A DNA stretch of 64,000 nt from Macrostomum lignano (taxonomy: Eukaryota), in contig NIVC01003971.1 in the NCBI GenBank assembly GCA_002269645.1, positions 3,241-67,240 on the forward strand, read 5' to 3'. The notes beneath the pieces are model-generated. The model was not told the origin of the DNA, ran no database searches, and was given only the letters and a program-made list of their open reading frames with translations. A program made the position numbers and the translations under genes. This document shows, piece after piece, positions 1 to 12,800 of the stretch. How positions within the stretch are numbered: position 1 is the stretch's first letter; every line of letters begins with the position of its first letter.

Positions 1-692
1 AAAAGATAAGATAATATTAATAAAGAGTTATTAAAAAGTCTGTATGATTATTGAATCAAAAGTTTCTTAGTTTCATTAGCGAAATTTTAATTTGCCTTTA
101 ATTGGTATTTAGGGCTAAACTAAAATATAACGGTGAAATATAACGATGACACCTGGCTTTATTTCCCAGAGATCTAATTGTTTTGCTAATTTTTTACGTT
201 TTCTTAATGACGTTCTTTCGTCTTAACGTCGTAACATTGTAGCTCGTAGGCCAAAAATTATACGCATAGATTTACGAAAAGAACCTAAAATAACAATAAG
301 AAGTTTTCGAATTTAAATATAGTACCATTAGTCACTTAAAGACAATACCAAATATTAACTAGAAGTATTCGATTCAAGCAGAAAAAATTTCTAGCTGTTA
401 ATACATGCAAATGCATCCCACGTGTTACTGCAACATCTAAGTTTAGTCAGTTTTAATAGTTTAGTTTTTGGATAATAACTTACAGCTGCTTTTCATAAAA
501 TTTTTGAAATTTGAATAAAGTTAAATTTGTTTTACTGATGTGCGTGAACCACAAATTATAAGTACAAGCTACTTGAAAGCACCATTTGCCAATCCAAGAG
601 TTCATTTTGCCTTTCGTTTCAGATTTTCGTTTTGAGACTAATATAAACGCATTAAAGAGCATCGCAAAGCGTCAGAATGAAGTTTTACTTAC

Positions 693-3600
693 AAAAAGTT
701 GAATGCATCGATATAATATGAGTCCTTTGGAAAGGCGATTGCAATGTAGTACGGATTGAAGTAGTTGTAAACATTGTACACGTACTGGCAGTACCGGCTG
801 GCGTACAGAAGGTTCACGTTCACGTCAGAGATGCACACCAGGTAAGGATCCGTGCTGGTAATCAGCTGAAAGAATTGAAAGCAGTTTGATTGCAGCTTAA
901 GCTTGTGTAATGAACTGTGGTTTGGTGCAAATGCGCTTGTACAGCTGGCGCTAGTAGCTCACACTCATGGCGCAGGTGTCAAAGGACTGCGTCAGCACTT
1001 TCATCTGCCGCAGCTTGACCAGCGGTCCCTCTGTGGCGGCCATCATCGAAGAGTAGATGTTGGTCCGAGCGGCACCATGGCCTTGTACTGCGGCAGGGAC
1101 ACCAGCTGTTCCAGGCTTTCGATTGGGTACTTGGAAACCGTCACGGCCAGTTTTGAGGTCAAATCGCCTTCATCGGGACGGATATAGGAGTTTATAGCGG
1201 CATTAAAAAACAAACTGTGCTCATGTTTCTGTACGAGCTACAAAGCGTTTGCCTCAAAAAGGCTTTTCGAACACTTACTGTAGGCAGCGCCTACTATCGT
1301 GTGTGTTGGGGCGGTTGTTAGCGGCTGCGCCGCGTGACTCTGCTAGCTCTCCCCTGACTAGCTGAGAGCTACTAGCATGGTGCGACTTTACCCTGACTCA
1401 GCTCAATTACTCAATAAATATACTGATCGCAATTCTTCTCGCCTGCAAGCTTTCGGCAACTATCGACGACAACGACAACAACAACAACAAAAACAAACTA
1501 CAGCAACCCTGTAGTTCGCGAAAATGCGCACGCAAGCGCAGATTTGCGCAGAATAACGAGTCCTATACAACAAGCAGTCTAGTCTCGTTTCACTCACTAC
1601 ACTTACCTGTATAGGTGCCAAAAATGATCACAGTGAGCATCCACCAGAACGCCAAAACAGTCCGGGGGCTCATGGCGAATGGATAGAAATCCTGGCCCTG
1701 CTGCATGAAGCTGCCTATGGCGGACCAGATGTACTCCTTCAGCCAGACCTCGTCCGCAAACGCGAATCGCAGACCAAGGTTCCAGGCGGAGAACGGGCTG
1801 AGCCTGGCAAACAGAAAGATGACACCCGGCACCAACAGGAGCATGCAGACTATCAGCAGCCACGTGTCCCAGGCAAGCGGCGTAAACACATTCCACAGCT
1901 TGGACTCGGAATTCGGCCGCTTGACCAAGATGGCATTCGATGAGAACATGTACTCCTGAGAGTAGTCGATCACCTTGGATCGAAATGTGTTAATAGCCAT
2001 GGGAATGGTGATGTCTGCTTCCTGCAAATCAGAGCAAAGCAGGGGGTACCCTCTTCGAAGCCAGTATTTTTTCAAAACATTCTGATTAAAAAGTGAATAT
2101 TTCTTACGCCTCTTTGAATCATGCCAATGCAGCCCGTGTAATAGACCGAGGTCGGGTCTGGCGCTCCGAACTGATTGTCCGCAGGAGCGAACAGCGAGTA
2201 GCTGCGAGGGTGTGGACAGGAAATTCTTGGGAACTTACTATTTCAGCCCATTTGTGTATTTCAGGTAACTTACGAATAGTTCAGATGCAGTGAGAGAAAG
2301 TGAATGATGTCGGTGGAAATTGCACCAGGAATGCCAACCGTTCCGTTTGAGTACTGCATGTACGGCCGTGACTAAAGTTGAAATGTGAATGCTACTATGA
2401 AAACCATGTAGCCAGCAAAAGGCCAGCAAAAGGTTAAAATAACTGACCCGACTGGGGTGGCGGCATGCAAAGAGTAAATTACAACATGCAAGTAATAAGA
2501 GAGCAGCCCCCGACCCCCTCCCCCCCCGACAGACGAAATCAAACGCAACCTCACACTACGCTTACCGCAGGCGCACAGACTCTTAAGGTGCGATTTTTAA
2601 AGTCGATAAACGTGTTGGGGAAGATGAGGCTCCGACCTCTGTAGCGGAAGCTGACCTCCAGAGAGCCGTTCCCTACAAAGAAGCGGCCGCTGTTGACGAA
2701 GCGGACCGGGTCGGAGAACTCATCGTGGAACGTAGCCTGCACCTCCAGGAAGTAGTCGCTGGGTGTCCAGCTGCTCCCAGCTGACAGCGGCTGTCGCAGC
2801 TACACAAAGGTGAACGGGTACGACTGAGCAGACTGAGACAGATTTTGTAATCTATCATGATCGATACTGCTGCTGTGTTGATAGAGTAAATAAAAGTAGA
2901 TTAGAAGGGGATAAGGTGCAGCACAGGTCAATACATTAGATCTGAACGCAAAGAAGATCATCAATTGAGCACCTGTTCAATCCGTACCTGTTTCAGCTGC
3001 GCAGCCAGTGCGGGACCCGCCGACCACGGCTGCAACGGCCGACACGACACGTTGCTGGCAGGAAGACCGGAACTGTCTAGTAAGCTATGCGTAGCGCTGG
3101 CGAACGACAGCACGGCCTCTACCGCCTTCAGCTCCAGCATCTGCGGGTATGTTCAGGGGTCTTTTGGTAGCGACAGCGACTAAGATCTGTCAAGAAGTTT
3201 GTAGATAAAGGCTTATTACCGAGTATCTGCTTGTTTGGCAGTCCGGAAACACGGTCTTGAGCTGTGAGGTGCAACCGGCTGAGGCCGTTTTCAGGTCGAT
3301 GGCCGACTCTCGGATCACAAGAATGTTTGCAGACTCGTTTGCAGGAAGCAGGTCCTCGATCGACACAAGTCGAACTCCTGTGTCGATCACTGTCCAGAAG
3401 TAGTTCGGCTGCAGAGTTCCTGTTTTCTGGGCCTGGAAAAATTCTTCTATCATTTTAAACAGAATGCTCAAAACTGAAGCAGTTCAAAGCTTACCAAGTT
3501 AACGATATTTAAAACAGTGCCTGGGTCGCACAGAACTACGATGTTTCTAATTTTAGCTTTGATCATGTTTGTCAACGTGAGATTCAGATTACCGACGGAA

Positions 3601-4660
3601 TTATTTATCTGAAAAGTTGAGCTAGCGATTCCTTTGGCGGAGAGCTCCAGCTGCAATTCCTCAACGAGCTTGTGGTCTGAAGCGCGAGTGAAATCCTTTC
3701 TGAATCTGATGGGCTAGTTCATTTTTAATCGGGAAACTTCGGACTTACCTTGGAACTCGTCGTGGAGCACAGCGGCCACTGGTGCCGCAACCCGCTGCAA
3801 AACTGCCGCTGCGGCTTCTAAAAAGCTTGTCGCGTTGGACGTTGATGCGAGGCTCAAGCCTGCAAAGTTTGTTTCGGTTTGCTTTTTCTGGTACCGAAAA
3901 CCAGTGAGATAAATCAGTGGACATGTCAAAGATCAGAAAGTTACCGGTGCTGCTAAGCTGGCAGAGGTCACTGGAGAGCGTGATGGCAGGAACTCTGATG
4001 TAGTCAGACAGTTTCATTACATCTGAGACAAATGCGCAGTTCCCGATCACAATCGTGCCACTGAGAGTAGGTGAGCTGCATGCTAAAAGTACAAGTTAAA
4101 GTTGTCAATTTCACCTGGTTTGTTAGCAAAGCACAAAGCTTTGCTGGTTGAAAGACTCCGAACAATGTATCGTTGTACCTGTGTGATTCAGATCCAACCC
4201 CTGTCATACCAAACAGTACAGATGCTAATGATCCGCGTAACGTAACGCCTACTAGTAATTCTCGGGCCACCCAATACCTCAGCCTAATTATTTTAGCGTC
4301 AATCTAACACGAAACTGCGGTTAGCCTTATGTCGCACCGTCTCCTGCACTCGTTTTGTCTTGAAATCTGTGGTGATAAATTGATTTTTGAGGTGATAAAA
4401 GAGTTGCAGTGGAAAAATTGAACACCTCTCTGAACCGCTTCCAAAGCGTCGGCAACTTGTAGCCACTCGAAATTCAGAGGCTCCGTCTTGAACAGCGGGA
4501 AGACCCAGTGCCCGTTGACCAGCTTGCTCACAGCAGCTTCCACCAGGGACCTGTCGGCGCTGCCTGTCTGAGCCAGCACTGCGATGCGCCTCGCGCTTGC
4601 TGAGCCGAAGCAGAGAAGCAGCTGCACCAGGAGATACACGGAGACCCACAGAAGCTTCAT
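693..4660 (-). CDS. Ionotropic glutamate receptor family subunit (ATD-S1-M1-M2-M3-S2), multi-exon; one apparent 1-bp frameshift; end of S2 and M4 not resolved in the window
   Basis: Signal peptide MKLLWVSVYLLVQLLLCFGSASA at 4660. ATD-like exons (VIGNCAFVSDVMKLSDYIRVPAITL). FPNTFIDFKNRTLRV exon ending at 2566. S1 exons 2371-2274 and 2201-2108 (YTGCIGMIQRG). Exon 2021-1607 has EADITIP..RSKVIDYS, M1, pore GSFMQQG and M3 WWMLTVIIFGTYTG. Exon 1167-963 begins DLTSKLAV. Exon 865-693 ends IAIAFPKDSYYIDAFNF. GT-AG junctions from 2566 to 693 are phase-consistent except that exon 1167-963 is 1 nt short. ATD exon boundaries are approximate. Confidence 0.9.
1279..1601 (+). mobile_element. Solo LTR (323 bp) in an iGluR intron
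   Basis: Starts TGTAG and ends CTACA (perfect 5-bp inverted termini, TG..CA). Flanked by the 5-bp direct repeat CTTAC at 1274-1278 and 1602-1606. Internal AATAAA at 1413-1418. Confidence 0.8.
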
Positions 4661-5430
4661 ACCTGCGCTATTTTTCTAGAGTTTTCCATTGAGAGTTGAG
4701 TCCAGCAGGATACCAAAAAGCAGTGAGCTATTATACCCGCTATCAAAATGATATTCTAGCCTTGCAAACAGACTAATGATCTCCTAGCATGGCTGCGGTC
4801 GAGTCCTAATCGATCTATCTGCTTTGTTATCTGCCACAACTCTGCTTCACTGACCCTGATTTATTGATGCCCATGGCTGAGATGCTTCTCGGATCCAACT
4901 GCGGGTGTTTGTTGCTTTCCAAAGTTCAGCCAATCGCACGCGATGTATTAGTTACATAATTGCCGCAGGTAATTACGCTCGTATTCAAGTGTTGGCGACA
5001 TCCTTTTCTGGGCTTAATTAAAATGTCTATTCGAGCGTGACAAATTGGATTTGCCATCGGAACTGCTATCGATGTCCGTCTCATGCAGATGGGTGGCCGC
5101 TCCGATATCCAAGTCCTACTAAATTCCTAACTGTTGGTAGTCTTTGTCACTTCCAGATCCTTTCCCACATTGACAGTTTTGTCGAGGTGACATCAAGCCT
5201 CGGCCTAGTCATCAACACGCTGAATGCGAGCCTCCAGCCCCTCCAGGATGCCTTGCTCTATTTACCCGGACCGTTCAGGCGGGGTCAAGCGAGGACCGGG
5301 AGATACGTGGACTGCACCCGGAGTGACGCTGGGGCGCCCGACACCACACAATGGGCCGGACTTTGTTCTTCCGCTGGCGCTTCGGCGCGCCATCTGACGC
5401 TCCTCCACTGACTTACAGGGGCTGTGTACT

Positions 5431-6665
5431 TTGTTATTGTTGTTGTTGTTGTTGTTGTTTGCGGAAGGTGGTCTAGGGCTGCCTATGCAGGCAGTCCAAG
5501 AACCTAGCCACCAGATCGCCATCGGCCAAGTCCTCCAGTTGGTGTAGGTCCGTCGCGTGCCGAGCTCCGGCCAGGGCCGGACATTCGAGGAAGTGGTCCT
5601 TGTCTTCAAAGAGGTCGCACCGGAGGCATCTGCTATCCTCCCTAGTGCCAATTCGGTGCTGATAGTACGCCGTAGAGGGATCGTGACCGGCACGCATTTG
5701 AGCTATGGAAACCTGAAGCGCGCGAGGGCGAGCAGGCATCGAGGGGGTCTTGCTGTAGACCCGCTTCAGCCGGTCATTCAGGAGAGGCTTATAGTTGATG
5801 AGACGGCGTATGCGGCTTCGGGCGGCCTCGATGTCGATCCCTAGAAGGTCCTGGGCGAGCAGACAGGCGTTCTTTGCCTCGGTGTCGGCTCTCTCGTTAC
5901 CGGGAGTCCCAGAATGACCTGGGATCCACTGCAGGACCACGTCGGCGTGGCTCTCCACCTGCGTCAGCTTGCGCTTGAGCGACTCGAGCAGAGGGTTCAG
6001 GGAGTGCTGCCGACCTTTGAGCGCCGCAATGGCCGATTGGCTGTCGGTGAGGATCAGGGCAGAGTCCTGCTTAGTCTCAAGGATGTGGTCCACGGCGAGG
6101 TGCAGAGCTGAGAGTTCAGCTTGGAACGAGCTACACCAGCGCCCGGTAGCAGCTCCCTCAATCCAAATCACCTGGCCCGAAGTAGGGGCGACTGCCACAC
6201 AGGCTGCCCCTCCGTTCTCCGTTCCTTCGGATGCAGATCCGTCGGTGAAATAGTGGATCTTGCGGTCGCCCCATGATTTAATGGTGTCTTCCGTCGCCGA
6301 CCGCCTGGTCTCTGGCGGATCGTTCCTGGAGATCGGCTGAGTCAGGTGTTCGCAAAAGGTGACCCGATCCTCGATTCTCTTAAGCCAGGGCTTGTTTCTG
6401 ATTCAGTTCGATTCCCGGCGTGGGCAATGCAGAATCTGCTCGGATTCCAGCTTGGCTTGATCCCGGAGACCTTTGTTAGCTTTGAGCCTGCGCCGGCCTT
6501 GGTCTTCGCAAAGGCTGCGCCAAGGGTCGTGGGCTGGCCGCCGGAGGGCCTTCTCGACAGCCAGCAGGGCTCTTCTGTGTCCTTCAACGGAAATGGGAAC
6601 GGTTCCGAGTTCGAGGTAGACGGCCTCCTCTGGAGTGGATTTAGGGAGGCCGGCCACAATTCTAA
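5431..6665 (-). mobile_element. 5'-truncated non-LTR retrotransposon (I-group-like) ORF2 3' part: post-RT linker, RNase H, CCHC zinc finger, (CAA)n tail
   Basis: One reading frame from ~6657 to 5473 with a single internal TGA at 6403-6405. Motifs AGLPKSTPEEAVYLELG, YFTDGS, FQAELSA, LTDSQSA, LQWIPGHSGTPGNERAD (RNase H D-E-D-D intact) and CLRC..HFLEC. The stop is followed after ~12 nt by an AAC-repeat tail (5431-5460). Confidence 0.85.
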
Positions 6666-7537
6666 AAATTCACGAAGCATGATTTTCCCAGCTAATAAGG
6701 ATCTCGTACTACTCACTGCTATTTAGCCAGGGTTTCCTGAAGAGGTTTGTGGCTTATTACAATATGATAAAAATGCCTGAATCTACCCTAACGAGAGCAT
6801 AGCGACAGCATGAGTAATCACACACACGAATGCACTGGTAGGCAGGCACACGATCACATAGGGGTTAGAGCAGCTGTGACTTACTCCCATCCGAATATCG
6901 TCAAAATTCTTAAATTATTGTGGCTTCACACAGGCTCCCAGACCCAAAATGCGGAGTCCCTTGACAAAATATAACCCTTTTTCATCTTTACGAAGCTGCC
7001 GACTGGTTTTTTATGGAAAATTTCAATGCGCACATTCCGACGGCCTCAGGCGCAGTTTTATTAGTAGAAAAAAATGACAAAAAAAGGAGAAATACGAGCT
7101 AGTTCCATTGTTTTCAGTTTGTCCCACGGCTAAATCCTAATCCTCCCAGCCCCTCCCCCCGTAACTCTGGCAGCAAATTATTTCTTAAAGCAGCAACTAC
7201 TCTCATTTGCGTTTGCTTTTGTGTTCACAAGTTTAATTTGAGTTCCAAAATGTCACGGAGAAAAGCGCGATTGTGAACAAGACTGATCAACGATTTCAAT
7301 GCAAATTTGGGACACCAAAAGGGTTATGGGATGGTCAATGATCAGTCTAGGAACAGCAAGCAGTATTAGACTGCCATTTAAAATCTGTACCGAACATTCG
7401 AATGTCCGTCCTGATTACTTCAAGTAGCGAAATACGGATTTGTGCATTGCTACACTGTACATGGACAAGAAAAATACGGATTTTGATGTCTTAACAGATT
7501 TTAACATCCAATTTCATCTAATTACATGCAGTACGTT

Positions 7538-8135
7538 TCATTCAGCTGGGTCTGTGCTCTGCTCTCTAGGCCAGGTCATTCAGCTGGGTCTGTGCTCTGC
7601 TCTCTAGGCCAGGTCATTCAGCTGGGTCTGTGCTCTGCTCTCTAGGCCAGGTCATTCAGCTGGGTCTGTGCTCTGCTCTCTAGGCCAGGTCATTCAGCTG
7701 GGTCTGTGCTCTGCTCTCTAGGCCAGGTCATTCAGCTGGGTCTGTGCTCTGCTCTCTAGGCCAGGTCATTCAGCTGGGTCTGTGCTCTGCTCTCTAGGCC
7801 AGGTCATTCAGCTGGGTCTGTGCTCTGCTCTCTAGGCCAGGTCATTCAGCTGGGTCTGTGCTCTGCTCTCTAGGCCAGGTCATTCAGCTGGGTCTGTGCT
7901 CTGCTCTCTAGGCCAGGTCATTCAGCTGGGTCTGTGCTCTGCTCTCTAGGCCAGGTCATTCAGCTGGGTCTGTGCTCTGCTCTCTAGGCCAGGTCATTCA
8001 GCTGGGTCTGTGCTCTGCTCTCTAGGCCAGGTCATTCAGCTGGGTCTGTGCTCTGCTCTCTAGGCCAGGTCATTCAGCTGGGTCTGTGCTCTGCTCTCTA
8101 GGCCAGGTCATTCAGCTGGGTCTGTGCTCTGCTCT

Positions 8136-8158
<23 letters not shown>
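7538..8158. repeat. 38-bp minisatellite (TTCAGCTGGGTCTGTGCTCTGCTCTCTAGGCCAGGTCA), ~16 near-perfect copies
   Basis: Direct reading. The rightmost unit overlaps the last codons and stop of the BAMBI-like gene. Confidence 0.97.
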
Positions 8159-9841
<1,683 letters not shown>

Positions 9842-12800
9842 CTGCAAAGCAAATGGCTTCTTCTTATGCTTGTTTTTTCTCGCTTGTTTTATAGACACTA
9901 GAATCGATCCTAGTTCATGCTTCAGAGTCAAGTAGTGATGCTTCTGAACTCGGGTTTCAGGGCTCAGTGTTCAGAGCTTGCATTCACAGTCCAGGGTTTA
10001 TTGACTGAATTTAAGTTTCAGCTTCAGGTTGGCGCTATTGTGCTCTAACAGTCCAGGCTGAGAGTTGCTCCTGGACCGACGGGTAGCAGTGCAGGCCATT
10101 GTCATGGTAATAGCCATCCACTTTGCCCTTTTAGACCCAGGGGCGGGGAGAATAATTGCTGAGCAATTTGTCACCCAATTGAAACTGACCCTCTGCGCGA
10201 CTGCTAAACCTCTTTGACTCGCAGCGTCTACCCTGAGAGCGCCAGGTGGAATGAGTCCGGAGCTGCCGGCCCTTGACTGACAACCTTCGGGGTCACCCCT
10301 CCACGCGCCGACCTGAGAGTGGAATCGCCTGACAGGGAAAATGTCAGATAAAATGGCAACTTCTTTCAAACAGCGCAGTAGGCCGCTGTGCGACCACTCG
10401 ACAGAGGCAGGCAGGGCTGCAGATGGTGAGGGACAAGGAGGCGCAGTAGCGGGGGGCGGGCGCTTCCTGACAGCGGATCCCCATCCTTACAACCCCAGGC
10501 CTGGCTAAAGCAGCCTCTGAAAGTGCTTTGATTGGGGGACTCAAGCTGTGTTTGGGTCAGTGCCACTCCGAGAATCAGCTCCGGGCCCAGAGAGTAGGGC
10601 GGCTTCGCTGCCTCTGGCTCGTCTTCTGCTGCTGCCTGCTCTTTCACGGCATCCTCTCTCTGTGCCGCATGAGCTTCCTCCCGCAATAATAGGCGGATTT
10701 TTTGAGAGACAGGGCGGCACTGACGGCCTGCCAGTAGCGGGCGCTGCGCCAGCACGCAATCGCTGGGGACTCGCGCTGTGTTTTGATCCCCCGGATCTCT
10801 CGGAGCTGGATAAGGAGGCGGGTAACGGAGCGGAGAGTCAAACGCTTCAAACCTTTGTCTGCCCTCCCGTCCTCCCTTCGCCGTCCTTGTCTCCGACCTC
10901 TTCTCCTTCTCCACTTGCGGCGCCTCTCGAGTCCGGCTCAGAGGTCGCGGAGGCCGCCCGTTTTGCTGCTGCTGCTGCTGTTGCAGAAGTGGGCGAAGGC
11001 GGCCCACCAGCTGCCAGGTCGGGGAGAGAGGAAAGCGTCTCCCTGCTGTGCCGCCCGGCTGAGACTGTCTGGGCCGCTGCACTATCCTGCCGCCTGAGTT
11101 GGCAGCCTCCCGTGTTCAGTGCTCAGCGTACCGGCAACAAGACCGCCTGACTACTGCACTGCCGTGTTGAGCCTTTCTGCTAAGCGGGCAGGTGAGCGCT
11201 ATGGTGCACTCTGGGGCTGGAGCGGTAAGCATTATAGCTGAGCTGCTCTAGAGCTCTGCGTGAGCAGAAGAATGAGTGAGTTCGATGCTGCCCCTTTCAT
11301 CGCCGTCTATTTCTCAGCCCCATGCGAAGACGGGAATGCAATTTTGATAGCATTAAATTGCGCCTTTCATAAAATATTTCAAGATAGTTGCACTTTTCTT
11401 CTTCAGATAACTCATTTCCGGCAATGCTTCATATCTTGTCTTCCTTCTATTTATCGATGCCATCATCAGCTGAATCAGTTTGACTTCAGAACAATTTATT
11501 ACTTGATCCGAGTTCCTTCATGAGGCAGCTCGTGTTTTGAGTAGCTTTCCGTAAATTCTCAGGGCAGCTCAAATTATCCCGGCAACCCCAATCCGAGAAA
11601 GATGTAATTGAAAATCCAGTTTAATTGAAGTTTATTCCACAGCTGAGCCTATGGGTCCGAGGTTCAATTTCTACAGACTTAAGCAAATGGCAGTCATTTG
11701 CAACGTCGAAAACGTCGAGGCATGAGTCCCTTTCAGCTCCTGCGACTCCGGAAATTTGCTGGGCTGCTGTGATCAAAGGCATCTGTACTGCTGGTTGCGG
11801 CCCAGATTTTGGACGCTGGCAATTTCCTCGGTGAGTCCTAATTGCCTCTTGAGAGCGAGGCGTCTAGGCGACAATACGACAATGCCAATGCGGCAGTGAG
11901 GTGCCGCGGTCGCAGCCCTGCTTCCCCATCTCTCCCACCTTTATGAACCGAAATGTCAGGCCACAGCGCAGACACTTTGCCGCCGGAGTTTCTGTAGTTG
12001 GACAAGCGCGACAAGGGCTTTAGAAGTAACGATGTGTGTCACCAGTGCAGACAGGTGCAATCCAGCAAGGGTCAAGACAAGAGTGTTGCCATGCCGTCTT
12101 GTAAGAAGCTTTATTGCCCTCTCCCACAAGCCGCCGCCACCCAGCCTTGCCAGCCCTGCAGTTCGAAGAGCTTTCTAGTCGAATTTACCCAGCTGACTGC
12201 CGGGACTTCAGCCCGTGGCAAGTCCGTCCCGTGCTCTTTTATTATTGCAGGCTCTGGTCGGCTGTCCAGAGTTGATGCTATCTGCCTACCCTGCTGCGGA
12301 TTTTCCAGATTCTGCGGAGTGCTGGCGGAGTTACCAATCTGGCGCATCTCTTCATCCAAGCCCCTTCATCAGTGTGGAACATCCCTGCTGCCTGAGTGCT
12401 TGGGTTGCCCCCGAAATAGTTCAGGCTCCTCTGCTAATCGGCGCGTCAGCTCTTTGATTTGCCTTGGTGAGCGAATCAGACCGCACTTTGGCTGGCGTGC
12501 TGCCTTTCTGAAGCTGCTTTTACCACAATACCGGTAGGTCTGCTGCAAGCGCAACTCGGTGATTTATCTGTACTAATTGTTTTTCAGAGTTAATCTACTT
12601 GTAATTTTGTTCTAGCGGCCCTGTGACTCTATAAAAATGAAAAGTAGCTTAAATAGACTTAGTAGCTCGTACGAAACAAGTACTACACAAGAAGTACAAG
12701 GACAATGGCCCCAATAGAGATGACCTTGCAGTCAGGCTTTCCCTTGTGAATGATTAAATTATGGGTAGGATATAAAAGGCCTTTCAGTGCACTTATACAT

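Noticed and set aside
570-640. Possible next iGluR exon (..ETKGKMNSWIGKW)
   Set aside because: It resembles the pre-M4 KW motif but needs an extra frameshift, and no M4 follows. Not supportable.
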